A stretch of 64,000 bases of DNA, from assembly GCA_963924565.1 (NCBI GenBank), contig OZ004608.1, positions 1,178,001-1,242,000 on the forward strand, in the 5' to 3' direction. The notes beneath the pieces are model-generated. The model worked only from the letters and a program-made list of their open reading frames with translations, did not search any database and had not been told where the DNA came from. The stretch's first letter is position 1. Every line of letters begins with the position of its first letter. This document shows positions 61,701 to 64,000 of the stretch, piece after piece. The DNA comes from Ascidiella aspersa. Lineage: Eukaryota. Both the position numbers and the translations under genes were made by a program.

Positions 61701-63725
61701 ATTTGACTTGCTGATAAAAGCATGATTGAATAATTGTTTCAATTGTTCTAAGTGTTTCTATTTTTCTCCTTTTTAAAAACACTCAAGTGTTTTTCTGAGA
61801 TGCCCTGAGTTTTAAGCAAGCTTATGCCAGGGTTTATCAAACAGTTGTCGAGGTTTGGTTTTGGCACAAAGTTTGCGCAACTCAGCACATCAGGTTTGCG
61901 CAATACTGACTCAGCACACCGCGCTCTGAACCCTAATGATGTTTGTTTGGTTGCAGAAAGAGGTGAATCCCCGTTGGGTGGTTGTTGAGTGGAACCCACC
62001 AGATCACCCAAACGGGGACCAACTCATCTACAAGTTGTTCAGGAATAACGAGGTGGCGAAATCAATCAACGATACAACGTAAGAACTCCATAAATATATC
62101 GTTGCTACCAAGCATAGAATACTGAAAAGAAGCTATTTTGGTACTTGGCTATTTTATTCAAAGTTTCGTCTGCCTACACAGGATGCCTTCATGAGGGAAA
62201 GCATGAATGCCTTCATGAAATGAAATGATCCTGCTAGGCAGACGAAACGTCCGATCAAATAAATAAGTACCAGAAGAGCTTCTATTAAGCAAAAACGTCA
62301 TTTTTAATTTGAGTGTATGCTAAAGACAATTTTTATAATACTACCAAAATATTTATGTTTTAGCCAGTAAACTAATTGTCGCTCTACCGAGATAGAAGAA
62401 ATCTAAAGGGTCGGGGTTTGTTTTTCTAACAATAAATTTATTTGTATCAAGATCAATTCGTTTACTTTAATAATTCCTAAATTTATAAACCGTTCATTTG
62501 ATTTTATTTGCCATCCCCAGTATAAGACAAGTTTATGTGTTATTTAATTTGTTTGTTTGTGATTGCAGCCCATTCACTCCGACTTACACGTTCAACGACA
62601 CCGGGCTCCTTCCATACACAGACTACGACTACTACGTCGAGACAAGCAACATCGGAGGGTCGGTGGAAAGCCCAGGGTTGCGGGTTCGAACCCTGGCCGG
62701 GGTGCCGACCGGTGTTCCACCCCTCACAGTGTCAAGTGTGGAAGCACACCAGGCAACTTTCGAGTGGGCAGAGCCAAGCGTAGCCCACGGGCCTATAGAG
62801 ACATACGTGCTGCAAGTAAGTGGCTCGTATCTCGTGCGACTATTGGGAGTAGGTATTTGCCTGATAATCACTGCTCCGCTGACGCTTTATGACGCGAAAT
62901 TATGCATTCCGTAATACCAACTTGTGATCAAGTCTTTTCTTGAATTTAAATTTTGTGTTTTACTTTTGAGTTTTACAAAAAAAATAAAGTCAATATGTTT
63001 TAGTTAAATTGTAGGGGGTCATAGTTGGTTACAACCACAGCCCCTCAAAACCCACAATCCTTATAGTCAACGCAGTTCTGTGATGAATAATCATGTTCGT
63101 TTATAAGGAAATTTCTATGTATAGATACTCACTAGATAAACCGCTTCTATCCATTATCTGCGTGGTTGTTAAAACTAATGTCGTAAGCAAGCTGCATAAA
63201 TGACGTAATAGAACAAATAGACATTTGTATTAGACTTTTCTGTAAAAGAACATTTCTTATCTTGATTATGTGTGTCTAAGCCAAATGACTTATGTAAATC
63301 GACATCACCTATTAAGATGTTCCGATACGTTCTTATTGTTATTAGTAAGAAACCAAAGAGCGAAGAAGTAATTAACACTTTTTCCAAAACAAGTCTTGTT
63401 TTGGTAAAATCTACCAGATCCTGGTTTTGACATAACTGCTTCTTAACAGTTTTTCTCGCGTTTCAGTCTGTGACGACCGAGGACGACGATTCAGTTGAGG
63501 TTCACTACAGAGGACTGGACACGAAAGTGACAGCTGATCAACTGAGAGCTTTCACCAACTACAGCTTCACTGTGAGGGCGTGTACAAGTGGGGGGTGCGG
63601 GAACAGCCGGCCTGTGGTCGTGATCACCCCCGAGGACAAACCCAGGGACCAGAGGCCCCCGGTAATTACCCCGATATCGAACACGTCACTCGAAGTTTCC
63701 TGGGAGCCTCCGGTGGAAGCTAATG
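46798..63725 (+). CDS. USH2A: Usherin, 5' portion (signal peptide, LamG-like N-terminal domain, laminin N-terminal domain, ~10 laminin EGF repeats, first FN3 repeats); continues beyond the window
   Basis: Signal peptide MLRITTFILGLLLAVG. YPPLVDIAKFK..SVAP..GTCG...SPFC, FTATVWLKQ, GQWHHLAIQV, RIGQ..G..QYVGWMQDFRWY..VLTNREI.EV, CLCPAGFPRVHP...RFCIPNG, TITIDLENGEYQ.FYV..HFYSPQP, TPRPGH..FYGTPELMDFVEAT, many laminin EGF Cys patterns, then FN3 repeats (WNPPDHPNG, DTGLLPYTDYDYYVETSN, LRAFTNYSFTVRACTSGGC). The domain order is diagnostic of usherin. Confidence 0.95.
47257..47450. mobile_element. hAT-type MITE remnant in usherin intron 1
   Basis: Termini CAGGGGTGGGCGAC ... TACCCCTG with subterminal gcgggccg repeats. 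No TSD seen. Confidence 0.55.
49396..50142 (+). repeat. Diverged ~160-bp direct repeat pair (49396-49560 and 49980-50142)
   Basis: Shared colinear blocks tgcaaaaacaatggaattt, accaacag, tagaccag.aaacat, ttaacgcacttt and tagatggaattta. Confidence 0.75.
53770..58012 (+). repeat. ~4.2-kb satellite of 29-bp units (~145 copies) derived from an usherin exon end plus donor
   Basis: Unit agcttgtgaccaagtgagacaacctcttt. The first copy is the exon end cttgtgaccag|gtgaagttgcccctttag (donor after 53783). Confidence 0.98.
58026..58161. mobile_element. Short hAT-type MITE remnant
   Basis: Imperfect TIRs CAGCGTTTTTCAACCT ... AGGTTTTGAAACACTG. Confidence 0.5.
62130..62283. repeat. Palindromic element (long inverted repeat) in an usherin intron
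   Basis: gaagctattttggtactt...gtttcgtctgccta..caggat is paired with atcctg.taggcagacgaaac...aagtaccagaagagcttc. Confidence 0.85.
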
Positions 63726-64000
63726 GTAAGGGTTAAGGGTTTCGCGTTTTATTGTTACTTAATAACTGAATTATGGATATTTTCAATATGAATGCTTTCT
63801 ATTGTTTTCTTTAAAAAACGAATTTATGACAAATAATTATTACACGGCCAGATAACGAATTGGCGGATCATCGTTCCATTTTTAAATTGTAAATAAAAAA
63901 TCGCATTAAAATGATATTGCAAAAAAAACCTAAAAAGGATACTCACCAGCGAAATTAAATTATCATCCCTCCAGTTAATTTACACTTCACAAACTATTTG

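Overview
Eukaryotic, AT-rich, intron-containing animal DNA with five spliced protein-coding genes that I reconstructed by hand. Minus strand: ALG14 (213-1628) and a group IV cytosolic phospholipase A2 (1857-9876), only ~230 bp apart in an operon-like arrangement. Plus strand: a PXMP2/Mpv17-family gene (13495-15605), an ARHGEF10/10L-like RhoGEF (19714-42085) and the 5' part of usherin/USH2A (46798 to beyond the window). Compact genes, operon-like spacing and splice acceptors just upstream of start codons suggest an SL-trans-splicing invertebrate chordate such as an ascidian; this is inference only. The most striking pattern is that tandem repeats and short duplications repeatedly start at exon/intron junctions and copy the splice site itself. 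Several copies are in frame and stop-free, so they could create alternative splice sites, including a 72-bp array that could add 0-4 extra 24-aa units. Other features: two multi-kb intronic satellites with higher-order structure, nested MITEs (one hAT-type with a perfect 8-bp TSD), a tRNA-like Pol III unit with an inverted partial copy, two candidate cassette exons, a recursive-splice-like junction and rare GC/GAG splice sites.
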